IMG/VR virus record: IMGVR_UViG_3300049479_000313
Location: 1 to 55,629 of that record
Reading direction: 5' to 3' (one strand)
DNA length: 55,629 nt
From: a virus
Lineage: Duplodnaviria > Caudoviricetes
The notes under the pieces were generated by a model. The model did no database searches and had not been told where the DNA came from. It saw nothing but the letters and a program-made list of their open reading frames with translations. Both the position numbers and the translations under genes were made by a program. Shown here piece by piece: positions 54,120 through 55,629 of the stretch; position 1 is the first letter of the stretch, and the number at the start of each line of letters is the position of its first letter.

Positions 54120-55528
54120 GCCCCTTCAAGACGGCGCCGTACGCCCATCAGGCGACGGCGCTGGACCGCATGGCGGACGCCCCGGGCTTCGCCCTGATGA
54201 TGGGCGTGGGCACGGGCAAGAGCTGGTGCGTGCTGAACGATGCGCACCTAAACGGCGTGGACACGCTCGTCATCGTGGCGCCCAGCGGCGTGCACGAAAG
54301 CACATGGGCCCGCGAGGAGATCCCCAAGCACTGGTCCGGGCCCGAGCCCCTCGTGGGGGTGACCCGCTCCGGACGCAAGGACTACGGGCTGCGGGAACTC
54401 CTGCAGACGCCTAACGCCCCGGTGCGCATTGCGTGCGTGCATTACGAGGCCCTGACCAGCGTGTACGGGCTTGACGCCGTGGCCGCGCTGCTGCGTCAGT
54501 CGCGCACCGGGGCGTACATGGTGCTGGACGAGTCGCACAATATCAAGACCCCCACCAGTCGGCGCACCAAGGCCAGTTGGAAGCTGGGCCAGTTGGCGGC
54601 CTACCGGCGCATCCTGAGCGGAACCATGACCACGCGCGGATACGAGGATCTCTACGCGCAGTTCCGCTTCCTGAACCCGGCCATCATCGGGTCGCCGTCG
54701 TTTACGGCGTTCAAGCAGGAGTTCTGCGAACTGGTGACGGGCCACGCCAGTGGCAACTCGCACACGTTCCAGAAGCTGGTGGGCTACAAGAACCTGGATC
54801 GACTGTTCAAGCGCCTCGCGCCCTTCACGTTCCAGGCGCACAAGGACCAGTGTCTGGACCTGCCCGCCCAGACATGGGCCACGCGTCCGGTCGTGCTCAG
54901 CGAGGCGCAACAGCAGCACTACAACGCGCTGCGCTCGCAGAGCATCACGATGGCGGAGAACGGGGCCATCATCTCTGCCGAACAGGCCATCACCCAGCTC
55001 CTGCGCCTGCAGCAAGTGTTGGCCGGGCACCTGCCCACGGGCGCCGGAACGTACGAGCCGCTGCCCTGCCCCCGGGTAGACGCCTGCGTGGATGTGGCCG
55101 CCCAGTGCGACGGCAAGGTGCTGGTGTGGGCCCGGTTCATCCCGGACCGGACGCGCCTGCTAGACGCCTTCCAGAAGGCGCAGATCGGCGCCGTGCTCTA
55201 CACCGGGCAGGACGACGAGCTCCAGCGCTTCCGGCGCGATCCGGGCCTGAAGGCGCTGATCCTCAGCGCGGCGATGGGCGGCGCCGGGCTCACGCTGAAC
55301 GAGGCTCCGAACGCGATCCACTATTCGTTAAGCTTCAAGTGGGTCGATCTGGAGCAGAGCGAAGGGCGCAATCACCGCTCCGGGCAGTTAGTCCCGGTGT
55401 CGTATACCACGCTCGTGGCCCCGGGGTCGGTGGACGAGCATGTGCTGGCCACCCTCCGGGCCAAGCAGGACGTGGCCGACGTGGTGCGCAACGCGGACCA
55501 GTTGGCCCGCTGGGTGCGGCCCACGTAA
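54116..55528 (+). CDS. SNF2-family (superfamily 2) helicase
   Basis: PYAHQ, MGVGTGKS, VLDESH, ILSGT, GAGLTL, QSEGRNHRSGQ. Confidence 0.93.
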   Translation: MSPFKTAPYAHQATALDRMADAPGFALMMGVGTGKSWCVLNDAHLNGVDTLVIVAPSGVHESTWAREEIPKHWSGPEPLVGVTRSGRKDYGLRELLQTPNAPVRIACVHYEALTSVYGLDAVAALLRQSRTGAYMVLDESHNIKTPTSRRTKASWKLGQLAAYRRILSGTMTTRGYEDLYAQFRFLNPAIIGSPSFTAFKQEFCELVTGHASGNSHTFQKLVGYKNLDRLFKRLAPFTFQAHKDQCLDLPAQTWATRPVVLSEAQQQHYNALRSQSITMAENGAIISAEQAITQLLRLQQVLAGHLPTGAGTYEPLPCPRVDACVDVAAQCDGKVLVWARFIPDRTRLLDAFQKAQIGAVLYTGQDDELQRFRRDPGLKALILSAAMGGAGLTLNEAPNAIHYSLSFKWVDLEQSEGRNHRSGQLVPVSYTTLVAPGSVDEHVLATLRAKQDVADVVRNADQLARWVRPT

Positions 55529-55551
55529 GTCATTGGAGGAGATCCACTTAT

Positions 55552-55593
55552 GCCCCCTCACGAAATGGCCCCTAGCGCATTTCGTGAGGGGGC
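55552..55593. repeat. Perfect 16-bp inverted repeat (hairpin) at the right end
   Basis: GCCCCCTCACGAAATG-10 nt-CATTTCGTGAGGGGGC, followed by TATAGT. Confidence 0.85.
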
Positions 55594-55629
55594 TATAGTA
55601 TCCACCCCTACGACGGCACCACCCCACGA

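Larger units (their letters stand above)
62..54416. repeat. Dispersed heptamer CGTTAGG/CCTAACG, about 40 copies
   Basis: Manual scan. CGTTAGG at about 277, 415, 3602, 4292, 4867, 5824, 6091, 8409, 9353, 9755, 10352, 12340, 16234, 17072, 18626, 19653, 20664, 21459, 23856, 25902, 26674, 26854, 27085, 28177, 28423, 31274, 35071, 37456, 38557, 39595, 51071, 53115. CCTAACG at about 62, 410, 22530, 22689, 31076, 33913, 42047, 43142, 50360, 51836, 54410. Confidence 0.9.
1..55629 (+). mobile_element. Tailed dsDNA bacteriophage genome (siphovirus-like, probably lytic), near-complete or complete
   Basis: Co-oriented replication, packaging, head, tail (tape measure, no sheath) and lysis genes; no host housekeeping genes, integrase or repressor recognised. 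Confidence 0.95.

Noticed and set aside
62-54416. GTTAGGC/GCCTAAC match the integron attC core and inverse-core consensus (GTTRRRY/RYYYAAC)
   Set aside because: Copies lie mostly inside essential genes, are not paired as attC hairpins flanking cassettes, and no integron integrase is present
488-55528. Stop-codon reassignment, or bldA-type TTA regulation, as the explanation for the TTAG-containing motif
   Set aside because: Genes are intact under the standard code with TAG used as a stop (e.g. 2383, 11170, 16901); the motif occurs in both orientations and in non-coding DNA, which points to a DNA-level signal rather than a codon effect

Overview
High-GC (about 67-69% by eye), apparently complete or near-complete tailed dsDNA bacteriophage genome of siphovirus type. 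Essentially all plausible genes are on the + strand. I recognise no integrase, repressor, tRNA or CRISPR array. Order: palindrome-rich non-coding region (1-470), small early genes, three SF1 helicases and a probable SSB (3.4-10.4 kb), a DNA-modification cluster (11.2-16.9 kb), family A DNA polymerase, AEP primase, terminase/portal/MuF/capsid, tail genes, a lysis cassette, a second accessory virion block (beta-helix, esterase, lectin-like), then an Nmad1/DUF1599-like gene and a SNF2 helicase. Four things stand out. (1) A thymidine-hypermodification cluster pairs a dUMP hydroxymethylase-like enzyme and a 5-hmdU DNA kinase-like enzyme with a glycosyltransferase, an APH/choline-kinase-like kinase and a nucleotidyltransferase-HAD fusion, with no recognisable amino acid:DNA transferase; this suggests an undescribed sugar or phospho-sugar base modification. 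(2) The heptamer CGTTAGG/CCTAACG occurs about 40 times genome-wide, mostly inside genes via the rare TTA codon, and two overlapping copies form the centre of a perfect 30-bp palindrome at 401-430. (3) A roughly 80-100 bp inverted repeat pair brackets the 17-kb replication/modification module. (4) The major tail protein is internally duplicated, and the MuF protein carries a compositionally foreign HExxH C-terminal domain. All family assignments come from motif recognition by eye, not from database searches.
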